DNA of 12,273 nucleotides from Candidatus Hydrogenedentota bacterium (GTDB lineage Bacteria; Hydrogenedentota; Hydrogenedentia; Hydrogenedentales; SLHB01): NCBI GenBank assembly GCA_045863295.1, contig BTWA01000068.1, positions 1 to 12,273 of the forward strand, read 5' to 3'. Shown piece by piece: positions 1 to 7,972 of this stretch (position 1 is its first letter; each line of letters starts with the position of its first letter). The notes under the pieces were generated by a model. It saw only the letters and a program-made list of their open reading frames with translations, ran no database searches and was not told where the DNA came from. The position numbers and the translations under genes were made by a program.

Positions 1-1188
1 GATTCGACCGACGACCTCCATAGGGCCACGGAATTAATCATTCGGGTATACAGCCATGAGAGTTCGCCTGCCCATCGCTGGCTGCAAACCTCGGCCACGC
101 GATACCCCGGCTACCGGCACGAACATACCCGGATCGCCTCCCAAGACCATCACGTACTGGGCGTGCTCCGCCTTACCACGGACACCATTCGCATTGGCGA
201 AGCCCGGCTGAAAATGGGCGGGCTCGGCTGGGTGGCGACGGCCCCGGAGTTCCGCCAGAAGGGTGTCTGCAGTCTTCTGATCGAGGACACCCTGCGCTAC
301 ATGCAGGACAACGGCTACCACGTCTCCATGTTGTTTGGCATCCCCAATTTCTACCACCGGTTCGGATACGGAACGACACTTGCCGATCACACGGTCACGG
401 TCGACACCATGGAAGGCCTCACTTTTGACAATCCTTTCAGATTGGTTCCCGCCAAACCCGGTGATGTCCCCACCATTCAGTCCATGCACGAGGCCAACGA
501 CGAGAAGACGAGTTGCTCTATCCTGAGAAGTTCCGCCCACATCAAGAACAAATGGTGCCGGTACGGGGAAGACTACTGGTACGTCCTCAAAGACAGCCAG
601 GGCCGGATGCCTGCGTACCTGTTTGCCGCACGGGAGAAAGACGCGCTGCATGTGTGGGAATCCGGCGTTGAAGATGCAGGAGTCTGCGCCGCCGTCGTGG
701 GCGCGGCGGCCTCGTTGGCCGATCAAGCATCCTTGCCGCGTGTCCGGTTTCACGTGCCGCCCACGTGCCCCCTGGCAAGGTATATGCAACAGTTCGCCAG
801 CGTCCACGAAACGCGGTACATGCGAGATGCCGGTGGCATGATGCGATTCATCGACCTCGGCGAAACCCTGGAGTGCATGATCCCGGAATGGGAAGCAAGA
901 CTGGTCCGCAAACAACTAACCGACCTGCGCGCGGAATGCACTTTGGTGGCCGACGGAGTGCCCTATCGCTTGCGCGCAAACAAAGGAGTAGTCGACGTGG
1001 CCCCCGCAAACGGACCGGGCAAACTCAGCCTTACCCGCACTGACCTCATGCATCTGGTCACGGGCTATCGCGAGGCGGCCGACATCCTGCTGACCAAACG
1101 CACCATTATCACACCCGACACCCGCGCCTTCCTCACGGCCATCTTTCCCAAGCGCTTTCCATACGTTTGGATGTATGACCGGTTTTGA
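1..1188 (+). CDS. Eis-like GNAT family N-acetyltransferase with C-terminal SCP2-like domain (5'-truncated by window edge)
   Basis: Frame is open from base 1 (DSTDDLHRATELIIRVY...), so the true start lies upstream of the window rather than at 163. GNAT motif A-like VATAPEFRQKGVCSLLI; FYHRFGY resembles the Eis IYGRFGY catalytic Tyr region; ends in YDRF with the terminal Phe typical of Eis proteins. Confidence 0.85.
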   Translation, partial: DSTDDLHRATELIIRVYSHESSPAHRWLQTSATRYPGYRHEHTRIASQDHHVLGVLRLTTDTIRIGEARLKMGGLGWVATAPEFRQKGVCSLLIEDTLRYMQDNGYHVSMLFGIPNFYHRFGYGTTLADHTVTVDTMEGLTFDNPFRLVPAKPGDVPTIQSMHEANDEKTSCSILRSSAHIKNKWCRYGEDYWYVLKDSQGRMPAYLFAAREKDALHVWESGVEDAGVCAAVVGAAASLADQASLPRVRFHVPPTCPLARYMQQFASVHETRYMRDAGGMMRFIDLGETLECMIPEWEARLVRKQLTDLRAECTLVADGVPYRLRANKGVVDVAPANGPGKLSLTRTDLMHLVTGYREAADILLTKRTIITPDTRAFLTAIFPKRFPYVWMYDRF

Positions 1189-1200
1189 TGCCGCTACGAA

Positions 1201-1332
1201 CTAGTGGCAGCCGATTAAGTCAATAAAGAACGAGAATCCATTTTGAATTGGCGAGCCGATAAAGGGTACGGAATACAATCCGATTGTTCCAAAGAAACTG
1301 TAGATTGCGCTGACCAGATCACATATGAACAT
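1201..1332 (-). CDS. Small hydrophobic protein, 43 aa (MFICDLVSAIYSFFGTIGLYSVPFIGSPIQNGFSFFIDLIGCH), function unknown
   Basis: Translated by hand: ATG at 1332-1330, TAG at 1203-1201; AAGGGGG RBS 6 nt upstream; ends 12 nt from the convergent GNAT stop; below the ORF-track length cutoff. Confidence 0.7.
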   Translation of the reverse strand: MFICDLVSAIYSFFGTIGLYSVPFIGSPIQNGFSFFIDLIGCH

Positions 1333-1618
1333 GAAATGCCCCCTTTTTGTGAAAATCAAGCACGCATACAATACCCTCTCGGGTTAAAGCCATAACACAC
1401 AGCGGCCGAGGGTTTTGAAGGCAGCACCCGCCCATCTCTAGCCGTTTTGATCCGTGGGTCACGTTTGGGTCGACTATCCCACGCCGCCGCATCGGGGTCT
1501 GGGCATTACATACACGACCTGCGCCGGTACTGCGCGGGTAGTCGCCTCTTGTGTGTGGTCAACAAGAGGCCGTACATGGGGGATGCAGTATTACGACCGA
1601 CCTCTTGGCGTCACGAGT

Positions 1619-1648
1619 TTTACTTGTGAGTCCTTTATTCGCTATACT
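1619..1648 (+). promoter_or_regulatory. Putative sigma70 promoter of tRNA-Leu
   Basis: TTTACT(1619-1624)-18 nt-TATACT(1643-1648), 11 nt before the mature tRNA 5' end. Confidence 0.6.
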
Positions 1649-1659
1649 CTTCACTTCGC

Positions 1660-1746
1660 GCCGGGGTGGCGAAACTGGCAGACGCGCCGGACTCAAAATC
1701 CGGTTCCCGCGAGGGAGTGGGGGTTCGATTCCCTTCCCCGGCACCA
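1660..1746 (+). tRNA. tRNA-Leu (anticodon CAA)
   Basis: Acceptor stem GCCGGGG/CCCCGGC, D-loop with TGGCA, anticodon arm CCGGA-CTCAAAA-TCCGG (CAA at 1694-1696), long variable arm, GTTCGATT T-loop, discriminator A and encoded CCA (1744-1746). Confidence 0.98.
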
Positions 1747-1762
1747 TATGACACAATGGCTG

Positions 1763-1798
1763 AAAGGCTTACACCGAATGTGTAAGCCTTTTTTGTTT
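1763..1798 (+). terminator. Rho-independent terminator after tRNA-Leu
   Basis: Perfect 12-bp stem AAAGGCTTACAC/GTGTAAGCCTTT with a 5-nt loop, followed by a T tract. Confidence 0.9.
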
Positions 1799-1807
1799 GA
1801 CGTGATG

Positions 1808-1836
1808 TTGCATCCCCGTGAGATCGCTGGTAGCGT
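1808..1836 (+). promoter_or_regulatory. Possible sigma70-type promoter for lon-engB
   Basis: TTGCAT(1808-1813)-17 nt-TAGCGT(1831-1836) with TG extended -10, just after the tRNA terminator. Confidence 0.35.
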
Positions 1837-1907
1837 AACCGCGTCAGGCCGATTTTGCACTTGAAGCGCCGGCCTGCAAGCAACTTCCGTAAATGTAAGG
1901 AACCTTC

Positions 1908-4334
1908 ATGGCATCCAGATCACGCGCAAATAACGCGACGGACAAACTGCCCCTCTTGCCGCTGAAAGACGTGGTCGTGTTTCCCCGCATGGTTGTGCCG
2001 CTTCTCGTCGGTCGGCCGGCCTCGCTCACCTCGGTGGAGGAAAGTCTGGCCTCGGGGCGGCCGCTCTTTCTCTGCACCCAGCGCGATAACAAGGTGGAAA
2101 CGCCGGCCCTGGACGATTTGTACTCAATTGGCGTGGCCGCGAATATCCTGCAGACCCTTCGCATGCCCGATGGAACAATGAAAGTCGTGGTCGAAGGCAT
2201 GGGCCGTGGCCGCGTATCGCGGATCAAAACGGAAAGTGGCGTGGCACTGGCGACTGTGGAACGGGTGGGTTTTGAAAGCGATGGTCCCCCCGATGGCGAA
2301 TGCAGCGCTCTGATGCGGGCCTCGCTCGATCAGTTCGAACAATACGTGCGCCAGAGCGGACGCATTTCGCCGGAAGTCATTGCCTCGCTGCGCGGCGTGG
2401 AATCGCCGGATGCCATGGCGGATCTGGTCGCGGCCTATATGCCGCTAAAGGTCGAAGAGCGCCAGGAATTATTGGAAACACTCGATATCAAGGCGCGGCT
2501 CGAGCGGCTTTCCTCCTTGCTTATGCGCGAAACCGATCTGCTTGAAATTGAACACCGGGTGCGCGAGCGCATCCGCGATCAAATGGATCGCAGCCAACGC
2601 GAATATTACCTGCATGAGCAACTCAAGGCCATTCACCAGGAACTGGGAAACCGCGACTACGCCTCGGACGAAGTGACGGAATTGCGCGAGATGATCGCCA
2701 AGGCCAAGATGCCCAAAGACGTGAATGAAAAGGCCATGAGGGAACTGGCGCGATTCGAGAAGATGCCCGGTATGAGCCCGGAAGGTGCGGTGATTCGCAC
2801 CTATCTGGAATGGCTCGTCGACATGCCCTGGAATAAGCGCTCCAAGGACCATCTGGTGTTGGACGAAGTCCGCAAAGCGCTCGATGAAGACCACTACGGC
2901 TTGCCCAAGGTGAAAGAACGCATTCTCGAATACATGGCGGTTCGCAAATTAAGCAAGTCGGCCAAAGGCCCCATCCTCTGTCTCGTTGGGCCTCCAGGCG
3001 TCGGCAAAACCTCGTTGGGACGATCCATCGCGCGCGCCATGGGCCGGCAGTTTGTCCGTGTGTCGTTGGGTGGCGTGCGGGATGAAGCGGAAATTCGCGG
3101 CCACCGGCGCACGTATATTGGCGCCCTGCCCGGACGCGTCATCCAGAGTTTTCGCAAGGTCGGTGTAAAGAATCCCGTGTTCATGCTCGACGAAATCGAT
3201 AAAATGACCATGGACTTTCGCGGCGATCCATCGTCGGCGCTGCTCGAAGTGCTCGACCCTGAGCAGAATACGACCTTCAGCGATCACTACCTTGAGGTCG
3301 ATTTCGATTTGAGCGAAGTGTTCTTCATTACCACGGCCAATACGGAATACGACATTCCTGACCCGTTGCTCGACCGGCTCGAAACGGTTCGTTTGAGCGG
3401 GTACACCAGCTATGAAAAGGCAAAAATCGCCGAATCATTCCTTGTGCCGAAACAAGTCAAGGAAAACGGTCTAAAGCCGAATGAAGTCTCGTTCCTGCCG
3501 GACGGCGTGCAACTTCTGATACAACGGTACACACGCGAAGCCGGAGTGCGCGAACTGGAACGGCAAATTGCCAAGGTCTGCCGGAAAGTCGCCCATAAGA
3601 AGGTGGCTGAAGGGCACAAAAAAGCGGTCAAAATCGATCGCGATCGGGTGATTGCGCTGCTGGGACCGGAAGAATATCCCGACATTCGCGCCGAGGCCAA
3701 ACCGCAAGCAGGGCTGGCCATCGGCCTGGCATGGACCTGGGCGGGCGGTGAGATTCTCAGCATTGAATCCACCACTACCCGAGGCAAAGGAAACATCACG
3801 CTGACCGGACAGCTCGGCGACGTGATGAAGGAATCGGCACAGGCCGCCTACACCTTCCTGCGTTCCAATGCCAAGGCTCTGGGAGTGCCCCAAAACTTCC
3901 ACAACGTCATGGATCTGCACATCCATGTGCCGGAAGGCGCCATTCCCAAGGACGGACCTTCGGCGGGCGTGGCCCTTACCACATCGCTCATGTCGGCATT
4001 AACCAACCGCCCGCCTCAGGGAATGCTGGCCATGACCGGCGAGATTACGTTGCGCGGCCGCGTGTTGCCGGTCGGAGGCGTCAAGGAAAAGATCCTCGCG
4101 GCCCACCGCGCGGGCATAAAAACAGTAATCCTGCCCAAAGAAAATGAAAAAGACTTGCGCGATGTCCCCAAGGAAGTGCTGGACGACATCCGCATCGTGC
4201 CCGTTACCGAGGTTATGGAAGCGCTTCGAATCGCATTCGATACGCGACCGCGCATGGCCAGCAAGGCAAAATCGGCAAAGGCCAAAGGCAAAACGCGATC
4301 CGTGAAAAGGCGGGCGCGCGGCGGCAAGCGATGA
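1908..4334 (+). CDS. lon: ATP-dependent Lon protease (LonA / endopeptidase La)
   Basis: N-domain [13 protein letters not shown], Walker A GPPGVGKT, Walker [22 protein letters not shown], catalytic Ser motif PKDGPSAG, Lys region GGVKEK; RBS TAAGGA. Confidence 0.98.
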   Translation: MASRSRANNATDKLPLLPLKDVVVFPRMVVPLLVGRPASLTSVEESLASGRPLFLCTQRDNKVETPALDDLYSIGVAANILQTLRMPDGTMKVVVEGMGRGRVSRIKTESGVALATVERVGFESDGPPDGECSALMRASLDQFEQYVRQSGRISPEVIASLRGVESPDAMADLVAAYMPLKVEERQELLETLDIKARLERLSSLLMRETDLLEIEHRVRERIRDQMDRSQREYYLHEQLKAIHQELGNRDYASDEVTELREMIAKAKMPKDVNEKAMRELARFEKMPGMSPEGAVIRTYLEWLVDMPWNKRSKDHLVLDEVRKALDEDHYGLPKVKERILEYMAVRKLSKSAKGPILCLVGPPGVGKTSLGRSIARAMGRQFVRVSLGGVRDEAEIRGHRRTYIGALPGRVIQSFRKVGVKNPVFMLDEIDKMTMDFRGDPSSALLEVLDPEQNTTFSDHYLEVDFDLSEVFFITTANTEYDIPDPLLDRLETVRLSGYTSYEKAKIAESFLVPKQVKENGLKPNEVSFLPDGVQLLIQRYTREAGVRELERQIAKVCRKVAHKKVAEGHKKAVKIDRDRVIALLGPEEYPDIRAEAKPQAGLAIGLAWTWAGGEILSIESTTTRGKGNITLTGQLGDVMKESAQAAYTFLRSNAKALGVPQNFHNVMDLHIHVPEGAIPKDGPSAGVALTTSLMSALTNRPPQGMLAMTGEITLRGRVLPVGGVKEKILAAHRAGIKTVILPKENEKDLRDVPKEVLDDIRIVPVTEVMEALRIAFDTRPRMASKAKSAKAKGKTRSVKRRARGGKR

Positions 4335-4918
4335 AGATTCGAGAGGCCGCGTTTGTCAAGAGCGCGTTGGAACCCAGGGATTACCCCAAGCCCGGCTGGC
4401 CTGAAATCGCATTCGCAGGCCGATCGAATGCAGGGAAGTCCACACTTCTGAACGTGCTCTTGAACAAAAAGGGATTGGCCAAGACCAGCAAAGAACCTGG
4501 CAAGACCCAGACCGTCAATTTCTTTAACGTCAATGACAAAGTGTTCTTTGTCGATCTGCCCGGCTACGGATACGCCAAGGTGTCGCCTGCGTTGAAAGAA
4601 ACGTGGGGCGTGGCCATTACACAATACCTGCAGCAACGCCAGACACTTCGCCTTGTGTGCCACCTGATGGATATCCGGCACCGTCCCACGCGTAATGATT
4701 TTGAATTGCTCGATCTGCTCGCGCAATGCCAACGCCCCACGCTCATTGTCGCCACCAAGTCCGACAAGCTCGGTGCATCGGCAAAGAGAGAAGCGCTGGA
4801 CACTCTACGCAAGCAATTGGAACTCGACGAAGACGCGGTCATTGTTCCCTTCTCGGCGCTCAACAAAGAAGGCCTGCGAGAACTTTGGAACGTTATTGAC
4901 GAAAGCCTTGCGTCCTAG
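4331..4918 (+). CDS. engB: Ribosome biogenesis GTP-binding protein EngB/YihA/YsxC
   Basis: G1 [13 protein letters not shown]3 DLPGYGY, G4 TKSDK, FSA; ATGA overlap with lon, a familiar gene pairing. Confidence 0.97.
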   Translation: MKIREAAFVKSALEPRDYPKPGWPEIAFAGRSNAGKSTLLNVLLNKKGLAKTSKEPGKTQTVNFFNVNDKVFFVDLPGYGYAKVSPALKETWGVAITQYLQQRQTLRLVCHLMDIRHRPTRNDFELLDLLAQCQRPTLIVATKSDKLGASAKREALDTLRKQLELDEDAVIVPFSALNKEGLRELWNVIDESLAS

Positions 4919-4929
4919 CCCTTCGTTTG

Positions 4930-4976
4930 AAAAATACAAAGCAAAAGTCTCACCGGATCCTGGATGCGGTGAGACT
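4930..4976 (-). terminator. Intrinsic terminator for the RRM gene (possibly bidirectional)
   Basis: 10-bp stem AGTCTCACCG(4946-4955)/CGGTGAGACT(4967-4976); A-rich run on its left gives a U-rich tail on the minus strand; lies between convergent genes. Confidence 0.75.
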
Positions 4977-5026
4977 CAATCACGCAGTACGGCGTGAACG
5001 ATTAATTAAATGAACAGTGCGGGAGG

Positions 5027-5335
5027 TTAGTCGTTGTACCGGCTGTATGAACCGGAACGCGATCCACCCGAACGGCCGCCGCCGCCGCCGCCCTGGCGGG
5101 GCTGCGCTTCATTCACACGCATTTGACGATCGCCAAAATCGCTTCCGTCAAGCGCCTTAATTGCCGCATTCGCCTCACTGTCATTCGGCATTTCGACGAA
5201 CCCAAAACCGCGCGAACGGCCGGTTTCGCGATCCGTGATGATCCGCGCGGACGATACGGCGCCAAACTGTTCGAAGGCCGCCTGCAGTTCCGATTCGGCG
5301 GCACGAAACGGAAGATTCCCCACAAAGATATTCAT
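5027..5335 (-). CDS. RRM (RNP-1) RNA-binding protein with Gly-rich C-terminal tail, 102 aa
   Basis: RNP2 IFVGNL, RNP1 RGFGFVEM, GGGGGGRSGG tail; start reassigned to ATG 5335 (MNIFVGNL) with AAAGGA RBS, not 5440. Confidence 0.95.
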   Translation of the reverse strand: MNIFVGNLPFRAAESELQAAFEQFGAVSSARIITDRETGRSRGFGFVEMPNDSEANAAIKALDGSDFGDRQMRVNEAQPRQGGGGGGRSGGSRSGSYSRYND

Positions 5336-5542
5336 TGCGTTTCCTTTCCCGGAGTTGCCACAAACACAAAACGGTTTCTGAAATGGACCAGACTGAACAG
5401 GACGCGCAGGTGAGAGTACTTCCGAATATGCGGGACCCAATGGCTGGTGTGATTACAGAAGGTGCCTAGTGTGTGAAGCAACATTCCTAACTTGCCCGGG
5501 AGGATCCTTCAAACCCAACCGGACTAACCCATCTACCATTTC

Positions 5543-5571
5543 ATGATAGCAACTCAGTGCCCATTGATCAA
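5543..5571 (-). promoter_or_regulatory. Putative sigma70 promoter of the RRM gene
   Basis: Minus strand TTGATC(5571-5566)-17 nt-TATCAT(5548-5543) with TG extended -10. Confidence 0.6.
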
Positions 5572-5803
5572 CAGGTATTATCTCTTACAGGAGGGTAGGC
5601 CGCTAGGTAACCCATCTTGCGAACCGGCGCTTTACGTGGGGTTCTTCTTGCACGCACGGCGATTGTTAGCGTTGTGCAATGGATGAAAAAGCTGCGAGAA
5701 TCTGGTAAAACTAGAACCATTCGAAACGCCAAGCCTTAGAAGACGCACGGAGTGGTAGGTTGATTCCTACAAAGTGGTCGACGCAACCCGAGGACAAACG
5801 GGC

Positions 5804-7138
5804 ATGGTTGTCAATCTGATCATTTACGCGATACCGGTCTTTTTTTTGTTGATCGGCGTGGAGTTGATCGTCTGTTGGATCGCGAAACGCCAATATTACC
5901 GTTTCAATGACACCATCAACGATTTGAGCATGGGCACCGTAGATCAGATTGGCGGTGCGTTTCTCAAATCGATTGTGTTTGTCGGCTATTTGTATATCTA
6001 CGAAAACCATCGCTTGTTCGATATTCCCGATCAATCCATTGTTGCCGGCGCCGCCTGCCTGCTTTTTTATGATCTCATGTATTACTGGGCACACAGGGCG
6101 AGCCATGAAATAAACGTGATCTGGGGATCGCACATTCCCCACCATCAAAGCGAGGAGTATAACTTGAGCGTTGCCTTGCGGCAGGGCGTCTTTCAAGGCT
6201 GTTTCTTTTGGATATTCTACTTGCCGCTTGCATGGACTGGTTTCAGCCCATGGCTTTTTTTGCTGATGGCGCAAATCGATACGTTGTACCAATTCTGGAT
6301 ACACACCCGCACTGTCGGAAAACTTGGCCCGTTGGAGTGGTTCCTGAACACTCCCTCCCACCACCGGGTGCACCACGGAAAGAATCCAAAGTACATCGAC
6401 AAGAATCACGGCGGCATTCTCATCATTTGGGACCGGCTGTTCGGCTCATTCCAGGAAGAGGAGGAAGAACCGCTGTATGGCACTGCCACGCCGCTGCGCA
6501 GTTGGAACCCCGTGTGGGGCCAAATTCACTATTGGATCGACCTCGGCCGGCTGGCGGCGCAGGCGCCGAGGTGGCGTGACAAAGCGTTGATATGGTTCAT
6601 GAAGCCCGCATGGCGACCCGAGGGCATGAAAAAACACACGCCAGCCTATTTGACCAAGGCGTTCTACGAGAAATACGACGCCCGCGTGCCTCTCGGTGTG
6701 AGCCTGTATGTGCTATCGCAGTTTGTTCCTTCGCTCCTGGCCGGCACGTTATTTTTGGCCTCCGAACGCGATATGGCGCTGCCGGAAAAAACGGCGATTG
6801 GCGCCTTGCTGGTGTTGTCTCTCACCGTCGCGGGAGGACTGTTGGAGTCGAAGCGGTGGGCATTTCGGTTCGAACTTGTTCGCGTGCCGGTGGCCTTGGC
6901 CATGGCGGGGTACTACGCCCTGCTCTTTGTTGGCGACGGCACGGCGGCAATCGGGATTGCCGTTGGCCTGGTGTTGACCTGGGCACTTTGGACGGGTTGG
7001 CTGCTGCGTTACCGAAGGGTCTTTACGCGCGACGCAGGTTCGGTGCCCTGGGACGAGCAAAGCGTTGTGCCCGTGGAATCTGAACGCCGCGCCGACGTAA
7101 ACATCGTGGATTCCGAGGAACTGGCTCCAGCGAAGTAA
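5804..7138 (+). CDS. Sterol desaturase / fatty acid hydroxylase family membrane di-iron enzyme, alkylglycerol monooxygenase (AGMO/TMEM195)-like
   Basis: His boxes YYWAHRASHE, HIPHH, QFWIH, TPSHHRVHH; SEEYNLSVALRQ segment; multiple hydrophobic helices; start moved to ATG 5804 with GAGGA RBS at 5790-5794. Confidence 0.88.
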   Translation: MVVNLIIYAIPVFFLLIGVELIVCWIAKRQYYRFNDTINDLSMGTVDQIGGAFLKSIVFVGYLYIYENHRLFDIPDQSIVAGAACLLFYDLMYYWAHRASHEINVIWGSHIPHHQSEEYNLSVALRQGVFQGCFFWIFYLPLAWTGFSPWLFLLMAQIDTLYQFWIHTRTVGKLGPLEWFLNTPSHHRVHHGKNPKYIDKNHGGILIIWDRLFGSFQEEEEEPLYGTATPLRSWNPVWGQIHYWIDLGRLAAQAPRWRDKALIWFMKPAWRPEGMKKHTPAYLTKAFYEKYDARVPLGVSLYVLSQFVPSLLAGTLFLASERDMALPEKTAIGALLVLSLTVAGGLLESKRWAFRFELVRVPVALAMAGYYALLFVGDGTAAIGIAVGLVLTWALWTGWLLRYRRVFTRDAGSVPWDEQSVVPVESERRADVNIVDSEELAPAK

Positions 7139-7237
7139 TGAAATTCTTCGTGTTTTTTGATTGAGTCCGGGATGGCTTCGGCGTACACTTTTGGGTAAGC
7201 ACGACCGGAGGGCGGCTGCGGCCGGTGCGATTGGGCG

Positions 7238-7284
7238 CATACCGAATTGTAGGCTGGACTGGAGCGAACCTACCGAATCGTAGG
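7238..7284. promoter_or_regulatory. Tandem palindromic sites C(A/C)TAC-N6-GTAGG, candidate upstream activator sequence
   Basis: CATACCGAATTGTAGG (7238-7253) and CCTACCGAATCGTAGG (7269-7284), 31 bp apart, ~110-155 bp upstream of the sigma54-like element. Confidence 0.6.
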
Positions 7285-7390
7285 GTATGTGGGTTGCAAA
7301 TCTTCCCCTTGGAACGGATAGGACAGCCAACTTGGGTCAATTAGCGCGTTTACTGTTAAACTTCTTTGCTTTTGTCACTAGATTACTTTT

Positions 7391-7407
7391 TGGGCACGAG
7401 AAATGCT
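7391..7407 (+). promoter_or_regulatory. sigma54 (RpoN) -24/-12 promoter of glnB-glnA
   Basis: GGCACG-AGAA-ATGCT with exact GG(7393-7394)-N10-GC(7405-7406) spacing, upstream of nitrogen assimilation genes. Confidence 0.7.
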
Positions 7408-7501
7408 GTCAAAAGGCTGCGGGACGTTTCATTTCTTGGCGAATCAAGGATTGGGATCTGAACTCGCGGTTTGTGCAATCGGCGGGGCCGCAAGGCCATG
7501 A

Positions 7502-7864
<363 letters not shown>

Positions 7865-7972
7865 GCGTGTCGGATGGGAGACAGCGGAATCGGGAGTCAA
7901 TGCCATCCGGGCGATGGCTGGGCTTTGCGCGATTGAGACGGAAGGGTTTTCGAACCCGCAATGGAGAGAGCC

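Noticed and set aside
34..915. 293-aa minus-strand ORF and the other antisense or alternate-frame ORFs over lon, engB, the AGMO-like gene and the isomerase
   Set aside because: They overlap well-supported genes and lack protein-like motifs.
1454..1883. ORFs spanning the tRNA
   Set aside because: They translate through tRNA-Leu and its terminator.
5648..5679. TTGCAC...GTGCAA inverted repeat as an NtrC site
   Set aside because: Spacer is 20 nt, far longer than in the NtrC consensus.
7138..7164. Phe-rich mini-ORF MKFFVFFD overlapping the AGMO-like stop (TAATG)
   Set aside because: Explained by a T-rich tract; no attenuator structure or Phe-related gene downstream.
7936..7963. GACGGAAG...GCAATG, reminiscent of the cyanobacterial glutamine (glnA) riboswitch
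   Set aside because: Lacks the AGUA/GAA E-loop and the 5' CGUU strand of P1.
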